Source of the DNA: Octopus bimaculoides
Lineage: Eukaryota
DNA: 64,000 bases
Reading direction: 5' to 3'
NCBI RefSeq assembly: GCF_001194135.2
Contig: NC_068982.1
Span: 152,130,437-152,194,436 of the forward strand
Shown in pieces: positions 13,081 to 27,801 of the stretch (the first letter of the stretch is position 1; each line of letters opens with the position of its first letter). Both the position numbers and the translations under genes were made by a program. The notes under the pieces are model-generated. The model ran no database searches and was not told where the DNA came from. It saw nothing but the letters and a program-made list of their open reading frames with translations.

Positions 13081-13250
13081 TCATCTTCTTCTTCATCTTA
13101 TTTTTCTTCTTCTTCTTCTCTTCCTCCTCCTCCTCCAGTTTCTTTTCTTCTTCCTCCTCTGCCTCTTTCCTCTTCTTCTTCTTCTTCTTCTTCTTCTTCT
13201 TCTTCTTCTTCTTCTTCTTCTTCTTCTTCTTCTTCTTCTTCTTTTCCTTC
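13081..13250. repeat. (CTT)n/(CCT)n polypyrimidine trinucleotide tract
   Basis: Direct reading. It explains the poly-L, poly-S and poly-E ORFs in the track. Confidence 0.95.
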
Positions 13251-14529
13251 TTTTTTCACTTTTTTTGTAATTCTTTCCTTCTTGGAATGAAAAGTATTGT
13301 GTGCACTTGAATCAGAAAAAGCATCTTTTATTCCATTAGATTTTTTTATCCTCAAAACTACTGTAAAATAAAAGTAAAAAAAAAGAAAAAGTGAAAATAA
13401 AATAGTAATGATTACTTTTGAGTAAGTATAAGGCCAGCTTTGCAGGTTTATTGCTCATAACTGTTTTACCAATATCAGAGGGAGGAGAATTAAGCCAGTC
13501 ATGTGTAATTGGAATTCAGAACAGTATGACTTTCATGTAGATAGCAAACAATATCTTGAGTAGCATTTTACTATCTCAGCAAAATAATAATAAATAACAA
13601 CAACAATAGTGATAATAATATTTTATTTGCCACTAGAACGATTGACGAGAGAACATTAAAAGGATGAATTAAAAGAATGGTGAGTATTTTCACAGAATTA
13701 ATGACAAAAAAAAAACAGGAAACTAGGCACAGAAACAAAAGTATACAAAAGGAATGAACTGAGATATCCCTATAGAGGAGAGCTAACTGGGGCCAATCAA
13801 AGAACCACACAAATCTAGAATTACTTTGGCTACCAAGGACAAGTACACTCAATGGAAATTATTTAGAATAACTCATTTTAATTCAAGACAAAGTATTTTA
13901 GAGGTCAGAAAAACAAAACTGTATTAAGGATTTTTTTTAATAGCTTTTTTAAAGCTAGATTAAAATACTATGTTTCCTCACCTTGTCTCTGTCACTTTCA
14001 TGAGATCATTTTAATATGTAACACTAGCCATTATTATGCATGTTTTCTGCTAATATGGTCCTTGAAAAGGTTCAGTGTACAAAATACAGGAAATCAAAAT
14101 AAGATTTTAGAGTCAGTTCCAGCTTCTCATATACCAATTTCAATCTGAGTGAAAAAAAAAAGCTTCCCTTAAGGAGCTAAATCTACTGTACAAAAACTTA
14201 TCATCATATCTTTCTCTAACCCTCTCTCTCTTTGCTCAATGGCTTTATGCTTAATCAAATTAATCAATAATATATTCATATATATCTATTTTATTTCAGA
14301 TAACCTTATTATTGTTTTATAACGATATATATATATATTCAAGATGATGAAATATTATTAAAAGATTGAATAATAGATCATTAATAGATGCATGATAGCA
14401 TACGATCAGTGGCATAAAGGAAAAATATGACACGATACATTCATATTCATAAACACCTGCACACATACACACACTCACTCATGTATATATACATATATAC
14501 ATATACATACACACACACACATATATGTA

Positions 14530-14597
<68 letters not shown>

Positions 14598-14910
14598 AGT
14601 AAGTGGACAAACAGAAAATTCATTTTCAATACATTTAGTAGGAGTAAAATATATTATCATTTTAAACAGCTTGATTTGGCTCCAAATTTCATATGCTTCT
14701 TACAGAAATCTTGCTTGCTATTTCAGAATGATTGTCAACTTGGCTCCCATCACCACCACCACCAGCACCAACATTGCCATCATTGTTGTTGTCATTGCCA
14801 TCATCATTGTCACTGTCCTCATCATCATTTCCCTCCCCATCCTAGTATCATATCTAAGAGCACCATCATTTTCTCCCTAAGTTTGAATAACTATGCATCA
14901 AATAGCAATT

Positions 14911-14945
<35 letters not shown>

Positions 14946-17900
14946 GTAAACACGTTCACAACAGTTCTTAATACTGATTCAGTTCCACAAAATCGAAACA
15001 TTTCTGACTTTAAGAACTTCTGATGTGTACAAGCGTTTTACATATTTCCTCAGAACCAACCCACATAACCATCTCTGATTAAGTTGGAACACAAATTATA
15101 TCACAACCAAATGAATGAAAGAGTCTCAAAATGGCCATTCATACTTCTAGAAAAAGCAGCCAAATCTCTTAGCATCTTCAGTAGGTTTAATAAGAATTCT
15201 GTAAATCTGTTGGTTGGCAGGACACCACTGATGATCTGGTCTTCTTGTAGATGATCAATGTGTGTCAATACTTTTCCTCCGTTGGTGATGGAGTGGTAAC
15301 AGTAGTGATGAGGATGAAGAAGTAGTACAGAGTCAGGATGCTGTTCAGTAAATCCAGTAAGGTTTTTTTCAAGTTTGGCATTTGAAACAAAAAAGTAAAA
15401 GACCAACTGAATTAGTAGAAGATATTTTACTTTTTGACATCAATAATAGCTGGCTCATGACTACATTTCTTTATTTCTTTTAGCCATAATTATTGTGTCG
15501 AGTCAAAAGTTTTGCAATATTTTCGTAACTTATTCAGCAAGTATAGTAAAGTCTGTGTGTCACTGATGGGGTAAGAAAAATCACAGCACATACAAAGTTG
15601 CTGTCCCTCCCACCTGTACTTGCTGAAATAATTTCAATAATATAAGTTACTGATTAATGTTTTTTTTTTTCCTTCACTACATGATTATTTCTAGTTAACC
15701 GAGTAATGCTTTCTGTGTAAAAATATGCTAACACTAAACTAACTAGTTTAAATATTGACTACTTCTGGCCAAAAATGAAAGACTTAGTCATTTGCAGTTT
15801 TATTTACTAGAATTTCAGTATTTTAGGATTTGATTTAAAAGAAATTTGGCTGCCATTGTAGCATGTTGAGGAACCATGTAGAGACATCCTTATTGGCTAG
15901 CCACTCAGAATGTTAGTATAATAACTTATGACACTATTAGTAAAATAACATTGCAGATGCAGGCAATGCTGAGAAGGTAAGTTTTCTTTGCAATGACAAA
16001 GTTTCAGGTTTGATCCTACTGTTTGGCATCTTGAATATTTGTCTTTAGCATAGCCTTTTACTCACAAGGCTTGTAAGTAAAATTTGGTAGATGGAAACCA
16101 TGTAGAAGCCTATGGACAGACTGTACTTATATCAATAGACCAACCTTAACACATAGTGTATAACACTGGTTACATTTGAGAGTTACATTAAAGNNNNNNN
16201 NNNNNNNNNNNNNNNNNNNNNNNNNNNNNNNNNNNNNNNNNNNNNNNNNNNNNNNNNNNNNNNNNNNNNNNNNNNNNNNNNNNNNNNNNNNNNNNNNNNN
16301 NNNNNNNNNNNNNNNNNNNNNNNNNNNNNNNNNNNNNAGACCCATCAATAATAATGAGTCACATTGCAAGAGTACGAACATCTCACAATGTTAGTAAGGT
16401 AACATGTAACATGTGATACTGTTTACCTAGTAACACTATTGGTGTGGTAACATAAAACACAGTCAATGTAAAGATATGTGACACTGGTAAGGTAGTAATA
16501 TGTGACACTGTTAGTGTAGTAACATATAAAAACAGGTAGCATGTGACCTGTAACACTTATAACCTAGTACACTATCTTATTGAACAGAAAACAAGTGAAA
16601 TAATTTACAAAAGTTAAAATAATTTTATGAATGATGCCTCTTCTCCAACAATACCATCATCTCCCCTACCACCACTGTTATCATCATCATCAACACTACA
16701 TCCATCATCCTGATCTTCATTATCATGATCATCACTAACACTATCAGCCTAACATGGTCTATGGTTTACACAAAGTCTGCAATAACTTGGATTTAGAAAC
16801 AAGATTAGAGAATTAGTTGGAAATCATATTTATGCCTTGATTTCAATTTAAGCTAAATCCTTTTTATTGCTAGTCAATCTGATATCTGTGATAAACAGCT
16901 GATTCTAAACATTACACAATTACAATTTACAACAGAAGTATTTTATAATTCAATCGTATTTTCTTTTTCTTTCCAATAATATTTCAACATCTTGTCTTAT
17001 TTTTCTTAAATTTCTTGGTAAATTCTATGAACTCATCACCATTTTACTAATGATTTTCAGTAGTTTTGATTGCTATTCTGCTAATCTCAATGTCTTCATC
17101 TATAGAGAAGTAGTAAGTAGATTATTTGCAATTCTCTTTTATAATATGCTACTTAAATAAATGACCATTTTTTCTTTTACAAAAGAGAAATATGTTCAAA
17201 TAATGTTGGGACAACACTTTTACAATTTAGAGTGTACAGATATTTTGGAGATTTGATTAGTGATTCTGAAAATCAACATTGAGTTTTTGATTTATTTATT
17301 AAATATATATATAAATTAAAATATATGATTTAAATTAAAAATAAAAAGCAATGTTTTGTATAATCTTTTTCAGTTTATTGTCTATTATGCATAGTAAGGA
17401 AATACAATTAATATACTGTAACTTGAAAATGATTTAAATATCACTTCATTACATGCTTAATACTTCAAGTGAACTTCTTTTATTTTATTTCTTTAATCTT
17501 TCCTTTACTAGCTTCAGTCATTTGATTGCAGCTTACTGGGGCACCATTTTAAAGGAATTTAGTCAATTATTATGACCCTAGTACTTTGTTTGGCATTTAA
17601 TTTCCTTGTTCTTGTAAGATATAAAGTACAATGTAGACATGGAAAAATAAGAGTAGATAGATCAATCAGACAATGATACTCCTGTGAATTCCTGTTCATG
17701 TGTGTTCAAACACAATATTGATATAAACAGTATTAGTCAACACAAGACTAGAGTATAAGACATTTACCCTCCAAAAGAAAGAAGAAAAATAAACCACACT
17801 GGTGAGATCAAATCAACAATCCCATGGTTGTGGAGGGAACTTCTTAACCATACAACAATGCTTACACTCTCTAACCTTTATATTGTGTAGATGCCTTATA

Positions 17901-19118
17901 TAGTAATGATATTTCAGTTTATAGCAAAGTCAAGATATAAGATTTTTTTATATAGTCACAGTTGCTATTTATTTCTAATACACTGATTCTGTTCATTCTC
18001 TACATTTGGAAACTGAATGTAAAGAACGGTTTCTGCCATTTTTCTTTTGGTTTTTCTTCTTTTTCACTAATACATATCATTATCCAAACTACTTTAAACA
18101 TTCTTTTCTTCTTTTACCTGGCATTCTTTCTGTGAATTAATCATGTGTATGTAAGGTATGCTATTTTACAGGTGCCTTATCATGCAGCAACAAGTTTTAT
18201 TAATGTAAGGTAAATCATGACTTTGAAAGAGCCTAATGAGCAACAACTCTTGATTATTACATTATATTCTATTATGGAAGGTCAAGGAGGTAATTTTAGA
18301 AAGTCTACTTGGTGTTTAATTATTTTCAAGCTTCATTATTAAAGAAATGATTAGCAAACAACAGAGAACAATAGAGATAAACAATATTCAATCAGTTGAT
18401 CTTTACACAAAACATCTTCAAGTTGTAACTTGAGAGAATGCAAATATTATTTGTGTAAAATGAAGGCCATATCAAGGAACCAATGAATAATTTTAGTTTC
18501 AAATATAATTCTAGGTTCAGTAACTGTTTGTAATTTTTAAATAATAATCTTTGATTTTGTTATATTTAATTTTTGTGCTGGATGTAAATGGGAATATTTT
18601 ATTATTTAAACTCATTTCTTCAGAATAATTTTCTTGCTGACCTTTATTTAGTCAGTTATTTAAAGCAGACTCATAGCCTTTGCTCTTCTGAAATATAGTA
18701 TGTTGCTGTTGTTGTCCTTGTTTTCATGTCTGTGGTTAATATATTGAAATATCTCTTCAAAATATCTATGTATATTGGTGTGTCTGTTTTGGAATTAGTG
18801 ATGTAGCACCCTCAAATATAAACACTTCACGCATTTAAAGAGAGCCACTTGAAAAAAATAAAGATGGCAAAAATGATAGTAATTAAATATTACACTTTAA
18901 TGCAACTGAAGGAGTAGAATGGCTCTGGTAGTAAAATGCATAATGGATGATTGACTGAAAAATTAACCAAAGCTTTTGAAAGAAATTTAAATTTTCCATA
19001 AGTTGTTCCTGAGAGCAATTTTGCTTTTCTAAAATATTTTCATGTGCATATTCACCCATATACACTATACATGTATGTACATATATATGTGCATGTATGT
19101 AAGTGTGTGTATGTGTGT

Positions 19119-19124
<6 letters not shown>

Positions 19125-19204
<80 letters not shown>
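19125..19204. repeat. (GT)n microsatellite
   Basis: Direct reading of the sequence. Confidence 0.95.
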
Positions 19205-19209
<5 letters not shown>

Positions 19210-22200
19210 CACATGCGTGTGTGTGTGTGTATAGCATTTTTATGAATACTAATGTGTAATAAAAAGTACTGACTTCTTTAATAAGAACTTGGCTTTATTC
19301 ATAACTCGGAACATATAAGCTAATTTGATGCTAGGACATTGTACACATAGTTATTTAATCTTCTAGTTCTTCTTGTTCCTTCAATTCCTCTCCTCCTTTT
19401 AGGTGACTTGTAACAATGGATATGCATGTGGTTATAGAAATCAAACACCAACAGCATCTTTTGATGAGAGTAGTGCAGTTTGCACACCAGTTGTTCTGGT
19501 CATACTGAACAAAGTACATCTGTCTGGCATTTTTATGGCTTAGTCAGAAAAGGAAGGATAATGCTCATGATATTTCCTCAACTGTCTGAGATTGGTGAGA
19601 AGAAATTATCCTCTTGACCTAAATTTTTGCAGCATAGTGAACTCCACCAAAGGTATACAAGTGTGAGGCTGTGCTGTTAAACAGATTAACTGCTATCACT
19701 TAACCTCATCTTAGAAAATCTTTTTTTGCCCCAGCAACTGATATTATCAGACCACTGAAACTGGGCTTTGAATATTGTTGCTTTGTTACTCAGTGCTGTG
19801 TGGTTCTATGTAGGACCTCCAAGTCAATCATATGATCTCATAAACATCTACATTTGTAAATTACTATTTTTAAATCTCCCAAAGTGAGATATTCAGCAAC
19901 AGTATTTTGTAGTAAAGATTGTTTGCCAACATAACATAGCAGTCCTGGTTTAGGACGAATGTTGCTGTAATTTAGCCCCTGGAGACATTATCTCCAGCTG
20001 GTTATACATCACGATCTGTGTACTTATATTTTCGAACAAGGGAATCTAGCACCCCAACTCAACTCAAAACAATATCTGTGTTTCTACATTTGTGACTGCT
20101 GAAAGTATGCACAAAATTATTCATTACCCCAGTTGCTTGATGTTTTTATTTTATTTCTACGACAACTATCTATCTAGGAGGAATTTAAAGTAGAAATTTA
20201 TTCATTAATATTCACAATTAAAGATCAAATTTTATATCATATCTTCAATTTTATGTTTATGTATCATCTCCAATTTTGTAAATTTAACACTTTACTCTGT
20301 ATATTTCAGTCACTCTGATAATTCTGATAATTTGCATTTTCTCATTCAGTCATAAATATATTTCAATGGCTATTTCATTGGCTGATATTTCATTGTTAAT
20401 TTTAAAAAATCAGATTCTGAGAAAACTAGTAGTGATCAAACATCATTTAGTTCATCTCTCCATGGCATTCAAACTTATCTAAATTTGTGAATTTTTCATT
20501 AAATTCAGAAAGATGTTGTTCTTATATAAGCTTCAGTTTCTTATCAGAAAAATCTCACAGTGTATACTAATTAGAAATTGTATACTAGACATTATTTCCC
20601 TGATATTTTTTTCATATATCCAACAACAGCAGTGCTTGATGAATTTAAATTCTTACTAAATGCTTTCAAAATTATGTTTTTTTTAAAAATCAAACGTTAG
20701 ATATAGAGGAATTTCTGAAAATTTGATTTTACTAATTGTCTAAAGAAAGTTCTCATTTGTTTATTTGTCTAAAAATATTAGTCATACATCACTATGATGG
20801 ACACTGTGATAGTAAATCTGTTTCATATGTTTGGTGTGATCCAGAAGGCAAGACAGTAGTACATATGCTATACAATTAAGCTTCAGATTAAGAAGCATGA
20901 AAGGCATGGTGTTTTAAATGAAAAATCATGTATACAAACATCTCTTCAGCAAAGAGTTCATTTGCCATCACTTATATAAATGGTTGAATATAGAACCTAA
21001 TGGGTTAGATTAATAATCACATGATACAATTGTTTGCTTTCTATCTCTTTATATAGTGTCAAATTAGTTAAAGAATTTTTCACCTGTGAATCATAAGACA
21101 TAAAGATATGTCATTTATTGCAGTGATATTTTTACACGTTATTCTGAAAATGCATAATATGTGTGTGTGCATGTGTGTGTGCATCCATGTGTTTGTATGT
21201 ATGTGTGTAAATGTATATACATATATACACACACATACATACACACACACATACATGCATACATACATATAAACACACACATTTATATACACATATATGT
21301 GCATTTATATGTATATATGTAACTGTATACCCGCATATGTATGAGTATGTATACCGTATGTATGTATCAATTAAATATGTAAATAATACTTTATGCTATC
21401 TCCAAATAATCTATTTGTAAATTATATACACATTCCTTGTATGAACTAATTGTTGGTGACCATTAATTTCCTGAATTGCTGAAAGGTATGTGAAGTTGTC
21501 TTATGTTTATCATTCATGGCAGGATTCTTATATCTTTTTTATTTATAACAAACTTTACAGCATTCTTTCATTAAATCCACTTCATGTTTTCTTATGTAAT
21601 TTTCATATTCATTTTTGCTTGTAAATGTCCTCAATTTATATTCCATACTATTAAGAATTTTAAAATATTTTTGTCAAACGAAAAAAAAAAAATGAAAAAG
21701 AAATTGTAAACCGAACTGAAGCATGGAAAAAAACTTTATGACATATATTTTGATAAAATATCAAGCATGTGCAAATATTACTGTAATATTTTTGAATTAC
21801 TTAAATGCCATTTATTCCATTAAATAATATGATCTGAAGAAATAATAAAGATGGTAATTATATTTAGATAGCCATAATATAAAACTAGAATTAAGTAGTA
21901 AATATATTCTGCTAACTAATTCTATTTGGTATAAATAAAATTAACAATTTCTTTTGGAAGAATTTCCATTAAAACATAATTTAGCATAGCAAATTTCTTT
22001 CTTTATCACAAGCACCTTTTATGCAAAATTATTGCACCATTTTTTTCCTTTGCATTTTATAAAATATGACAACAGTCTTAGTCTTTCAAGAGATGTAAAT
22101 TTATAAATTTAACAATAATTTGTGACTGATTATGAAATTAGTTTAATATTTTATATTTATGAAAGTTTGTTGTTATGTGTGTGTATGGTTATATGAACTA

Positions 22201-22849
22201 AATAATATTTAAATTAAATTAAACTATCAAATAATAATAATAATAATAAAATGATAACAATAATAATAATAATAATAATGATAATAATAAATTGAAAATA
22301 ATATTTCGTTAAATAGGTGGAACTAAATTATATTGATAATATTACAAGTCAATTCATTATGTATTATCATATGATATTTTTGCATTTATTGCTTCTTTCT
22401 GACAAAGCTTGCATTTAACCATTTGACATTTTCACCATTTGATCATCTCATTCTTTCTAATTATTGGTCATATTTTCATTACAGAAATTAAGTTATATAA
22501 TCTAATTTATATGTTCTGACATAGAATATAAATGTCAATTATTTAAATTAAATAACCTAAATCAGTTTCATTAATGAATTATTACTACATTTGTGGATTA
22601 ATTATATATTTCAATGGCAATATAGTCAGAAAATTGATATTTTGATTAAAATACATGTAGTATACCTCTACCTAAAGCAATAAAATGGCCTCATTGCACA
22701 CTCACAAACACATGTACTTAAATGGTTATAAAGAACTAATGAGGGGAAAGTAGATACTTAATTGTAAACATATAAGAGATTTACTATTTATTTTATAGCC
22801 ACATGCTCAAACAACAATATACATCTGTCTGTCTATCTATTTATCTTTT

Positions 22850-22990
<141 letters not shown>

Positions 22991-23506
22991 AGAGATGGGG
23001 AGCTTTCATCAGGGTGATTCAAACTAATAGGTACGTGCTCTGACTGCTCAAATAGGTATGCCACTAAAATTCCAGTTTGAACTGCAGTTGAAGGTGTGAT
23101 TTTAGGACTCCCTTATCCAAAGCACCTAAAAGTGGGTTCCCCTTGAGTTGGTAGTTACAGTTTAAAATAGAAAAGAAAAGGCAAACAAATTGGCAAGACT
23201 TGATAAGGACATTTAATTTAGCTACATAATAAAGATTCGGATAATCTCTGACAACTGTTTCTAGAATATCCCAGCTATTGGAACATCATGTTAAATGAAG
23301 ATTCCATATGCTAAGTATGCCGTAATCGAAGAGAGATAGGTTAAACATAGGTGACAGTGAAAGAAAGTTCCTCATCAATGATAGTTACTGTGGTTCATTA
23401 CATCTACACAGGGAGGAGAAATCCAGTTAAATCCAATTAGATTGGGTATTCTTTAGGCAAATCCAAGGTCAGAGAGAATGGTTAAATAGTAATCCATAGT
23501 GAGGAA

Positions 23507-23539
<33 letters not shown>

Positions 23540-23739
23540 ATAACCAACCGAAATTGCAAAGGTAATTTGGATCTCGACTGAAGAGAGAAAACTTTGAATG
23601 ACCTGTTCGTGTTTTCTTTGTATCGTCTATCTGGATGTTTTGTCCCTTTCTTGTATCACCTAACTGTCTTGATGTTTTGCGTTCTTGTCCCATTCTGTAT
23701 TACTTATATATATATATACAGAGAGAGAGAGATGGATAG

Positions 23740-23890
23740 AGCATCATCATCATGGTTTAACATCCATCTTCCATGCATGCATGGGTAGGACAGTTGACAG
23801 GAGCCAGCCAGGTGGAAACTCTACCCAAGGCTATTGTGTCTGTTTTGGCAGGGATTTTATGGCTGGAAGCCTAACACTCCTAACACTCCT
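23740..23890 (-). mobile_element. RTE-type 3' tail fragment, antisense
   Basis: catcatcatggtttaacatccatcttccatgc is the reverse complement of the gcatggaaag..gttaaa.gatgatg tail seen in the + strand copies. Confidence 0.6.
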
Positions 23891-25669
23891 TCAAACAGTA
23901 GAAAATGCATCTGGACTGATGCATTGCTTCAAATGGAGAATACTTTGAAGGCGATAAAAGTGTAAACATGTAAAACTAAGCGAATAAAATAATATTGCAA
24001 ATTTCCAGTTGCTTTTGCGTACCCCCCACCTTGTATATTTAATCATAATAGACAGGTACCAATCAACAACTATAAAATTTTCCAGTCAAATCCTTTGTGC
24101 CTTTCTCTGTCAGTTACTCCCTATACTATATTCAGCCCTTTCTCTGTCAGTTACTCCCTCAGCTATATGTATTTTATAATTTACTTCCTTATTCACATAA
24201 TGAAATATACATTACAGATTACATAATCTCCATATAGCAAAGCCCATGTCTATCTTTAAAAGTACTATATCAAAGCCTGAGCTATCTTAAAAATGCCATT
24301 TTTAAAATAGCACATGTATGCCTGCAGACATGCATATGTATTGCCACGGTAAGATGAATTCTTTAAATATTTAATCAACTTCATTAAAGATAGTTCTGAA
24401 TGCGTAGATATTCTGATAATTACTTAAGAGAAATTTTGATTAGTAAGATATTGGACTCATATTTCTTACACTTAGTTAAGGTATGATAAATGGCAAGTAA
24501 TATAAAATCTTCAAGTATTTGGAAGAATATAGCAGCATGGGATTGTTTGAATGATTTCTAATGAAATGAAAACAATCTCAAATTTTACACTTCTATAATT
24601 TTTCTTGTGATTTATAAGCAAAATTTTTTAGAACCCATATAAATTTTGTTTATTGTTCTATCCCTAACAATATAAATACCATAGAATATAAAAATCATAT
24701 ACAACTGATATGTAATTTTAAAATAATATCACATACAGATCAATGATATAGCAATTAAGATATACTCTAAAATGTGTTTCAGTCTTAGATGAAATGTAGA
24801 ATTGACTCTTATTTCCTTTTCCTTTCATTTTGCATTGGGCATGATAACAGTCATGCCATAATTATAGAATTTGTGTACCATTGTTCCATCCTTTCAAAGT
24901 TAATAACACTTAGGGTTACTTCTCCATCTCATTATCGTTTATTTAATGGAAGAAACGTATTCAACTTTGCAATTAATTCTTACAATAATTTCTATACAAA
25001 AGTGAACCAGTCTATGCAATCATGAACCATTTTGTGTATAGCAGTTCAAGAAATCTATTTAAACATTTTATTTGCAAAGCATCCGTTTGTTATAATTATC
25101 ATTTTTACTAAATCATAATTATAATGAATGACTGAAGATAGGTTGTAAGCTAAACATAATTATAAATGTTTGAGATTAAGTTCACTAATAAACAAATAAG
25201 AAATGAAATATAAATTTTTATTTAGTTCAGTTGATACTGCTGAATTTTTCTATATCTTTTTAGACCCTTCCCTTAATTTAGACATACTAAATTAGTAAAT
25301 GAATGTCAACATAAAACTAATAAGTATGAAAAACAAGTAATTTCTAGATATATCCACAAAATGTTTAATTCATAAACGTGGGTTCACTGATTAGAGTTAT
25401 TAACTAATGGAATGCTTCTGTAGAACTTTTTGTTAGTGAAGATTTATGTTATTAGATTTAAGATCTTTTTTAGAGTATGCAACTTCATTATGATTATCTT
25501 TTAAATGCCTCAATTCCAGTCCAAATTTAATTGTGTGTGTTTGTGTGTGTGTGTGTGTGTGTATGTGTGTGTGTGTGTGTGTGTGTGTACATATATATTC
25601 CAACCCATGCTAACATGGAAGACAGGTATTAAATGATGATGATAATGATATCATATGATATATATATAT

Positions 25670-25795
25670 GCCCTGGAGGCTCTTCAGAGGTAGTGGACAA
25701 TTTCTGCTACCTTAGGGACCTAATTAGTGGTGGGGGAGGATGTGCAGAAAGTGTAATCTCTAGAATAAGAATAGGATGGAGAAAGTCTGGCAAAT
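25670..25795 (+). mobile_element. RTE LINE fragment (late reverse transcriptase region)
   Basis: SEVVDNFCYLRDLISGGGGCAESVISRIRIGWRK resembles the RTE motif EVVD.F.YLG......GC...V..RI...W.K. Confidence 0.75.
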
Positions 25796-26051
25796 CTGGA
25801 ATATCTTATGACAACTTAGCTGCCTCTACACAGTTGCAAGACCTTCTAGAAATAGCAACCATATTTCCCTTAAATCAGTATTGTTTGTCTTGATAAGAAG
25901 GACACATAGAAGAATGTAATTCTAGATGCATTATGTCTCAAAAAAGAAAAAGGAAACAGAACGGTATTGTCACAGCTGGTATGCCTTAAACCATAGTTCT
26001 GCTGGATCAGGAATGACCTGAGGCTGAACAATACCAATAACTTAAATACTA

Positions 26052-26276
26052 TTCTTTTCTACTCTAGGCACAAGGCCCAAAAGTTTTGGGGAGGGGACCA
26101 GTCGATTAGATTGACCCCGGTATGCAACTGGTACTTAATTTATCGACCCTGAAAGGATGAAATACAAAGTCGACCTCGGCGGAATTTGAACTCAGAACGT
26201 ATAGGCGAAATACCACTAAGCATTTCGTCCGGCATGCTAACATTTCTTCCAGCTTGCTGCCTTGTAACTTAAATAC
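26052..26276 (-). mobile_element. tRNA-derived SINE, family B
   Basis: The reverse complement has gaaatgttagcatgccggacgaaatgcttag and gagttcaaattccgccgaggtcgac (A/B-box-like head). Confidence 0.8.
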
Positions 26277-27385
26277 TATTGACAAGCCAATGAATGAACT
26301 TATATGTGGTCGTTTGACCAGCTAAGAAACTCCAGCCAAACCACCTTCAACTATAACTTGCTGACTTCTTTTTTTTCAGAAGTAAAATACATCAGATAAT
26401 GTAATCTTAGACACATTAGGCTTGAATAGATGATATAATAGTCACGGCTGGACTATAATGCCTTTAATTATAGATCTTATGGAACAAGGAAATATATTCT
26501 CAGATCAACAAGTTCCAACTGATCTTTGTAATGTTGAGAAATTCAAAGAAATTATTATCCTGTTGCCAACTTATAGTACCAGAAAATATTTTTGATCAGA
26601 CAGCTGTATCTCACCTTAAATATTTTTTGATCAAATAGCTGTATCTCACCTGAATTTAACTATTATTCTTTTTTATTAAGTTAGAACTATTTTCACTTCA
26701 TAAGACACACTATAAATTAGTCGTCGTCGTCGTCGTTTAACATCCGCTTTCCATGCTAGCATGGGTTAAATTTACAAAATGTTCTCAATGAGAAAATATG
26801 ATATAGCTATGTTTTAATTCTTTGATTTGATTTTCCTACATAAATTTCAATTCTTTTAAATATTGTTCCAACAACAATATTGATCTAACAACAATATTAC
26901 ATATTTATCCAACAAATTTATTCCAAACAATAAATATTTTTTATCATATAATAAACAAATATAAACTTTTATATGAGGTTGGTTTAGAGTTAGGGTGAAA
27001 AAAAGATCTTTGCATTAATATTATTCGTATTTTATTTTCTATTTTTGAAATTTCAGAGAAAACAAGTGCGATTGTCATATGGTGTATGGATTCCTGATTT
27101 CTATTAATCATGTACAGGCTTATTGTACATGCTCTTGTGTGATAAAATAGGAGATTATTTAAAAAATTTTATGGCCATTAATTATGTTCATATTCAGAGA
27201 TAGAATAAGCTAATTAATAGGTTTTTCTACACATGTAGAGTAGTATTTAATTATATGCATGTAGGGTGGGTAAAATTCTCAAGATTCATGGACGAGTTCT
27301 CTAAGTACATTCTCCACAGTTCTTTTCAATGGCTGATAATACTTTACTGGCAGACTCAACTAAGGTAATTTTATTTATATATATA

Positions 27386-27570
27386 GTAGGCGTAGGAGTG
27401 GTTGTGTGGTAAGTAGCTTGCTTACAAACCACATGGTTCCAGGTTCAGTCCCACTGCGGAACACCTTGAGCAAGTGTCTTCTACTATAGCCTCAGGCCAA
27501 CCAAAGCCTTGTGAGAGGATTTGGTAGACAGAAACTGAAAGAATCCCATCGTATATATGTATATGTATGT
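27386..27570 (+). mobile_element. tRNA-derived SINE family A head
   Basis: gtaggcgtaggagtggttgtgtggtaag...ggttcagtcccactgc...ggcaagtgtcttctactatagcc motifs are shared with 31449, 40557 and 52241. Confidence 0.85.
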
Positions 27571-27801
27571 GTGTGTATATTTTTGTGTGTCTGCATTTGT
27601 CAATGCCAGTGCCCTCTGATTGGCTCTTGTCTTGGTGACACATAAAAGGCACCCACTACACACTTGGAGTGGTTGGTATTAGGAAGGGCATCCACATATA
27701 GAAACATTGCCGTATCAGATTGGAGCCTCAGTCAAACCATCCAACCAAAGCTAAGATAAGATGGAAAGTGGATATTAAACGATGATGATGATTATGATGA
27801 T

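Noticed and set aside
15101-15406. 101-aa minus-strand ORF, possibly a hAT-like remnant
   Set aside because: No recognisable motif that I can support; at best a vague resemblance in neighbouring frames.
23003-23610. Further hammerhead-like words (minus-strand CTGATGAAAGCT near 23005; CTGAAGAG...TGAA near 23578)
   Set aside because: The first is cut off by a microsatellite. The second lacks an intact GAAA and clear stems.
24100-26651. Short local direct repeats (22 bp at 24100/24137; about 31 bp at 26586/26620)
   Set aside because: Ordinary slippage duplications with no further structure.
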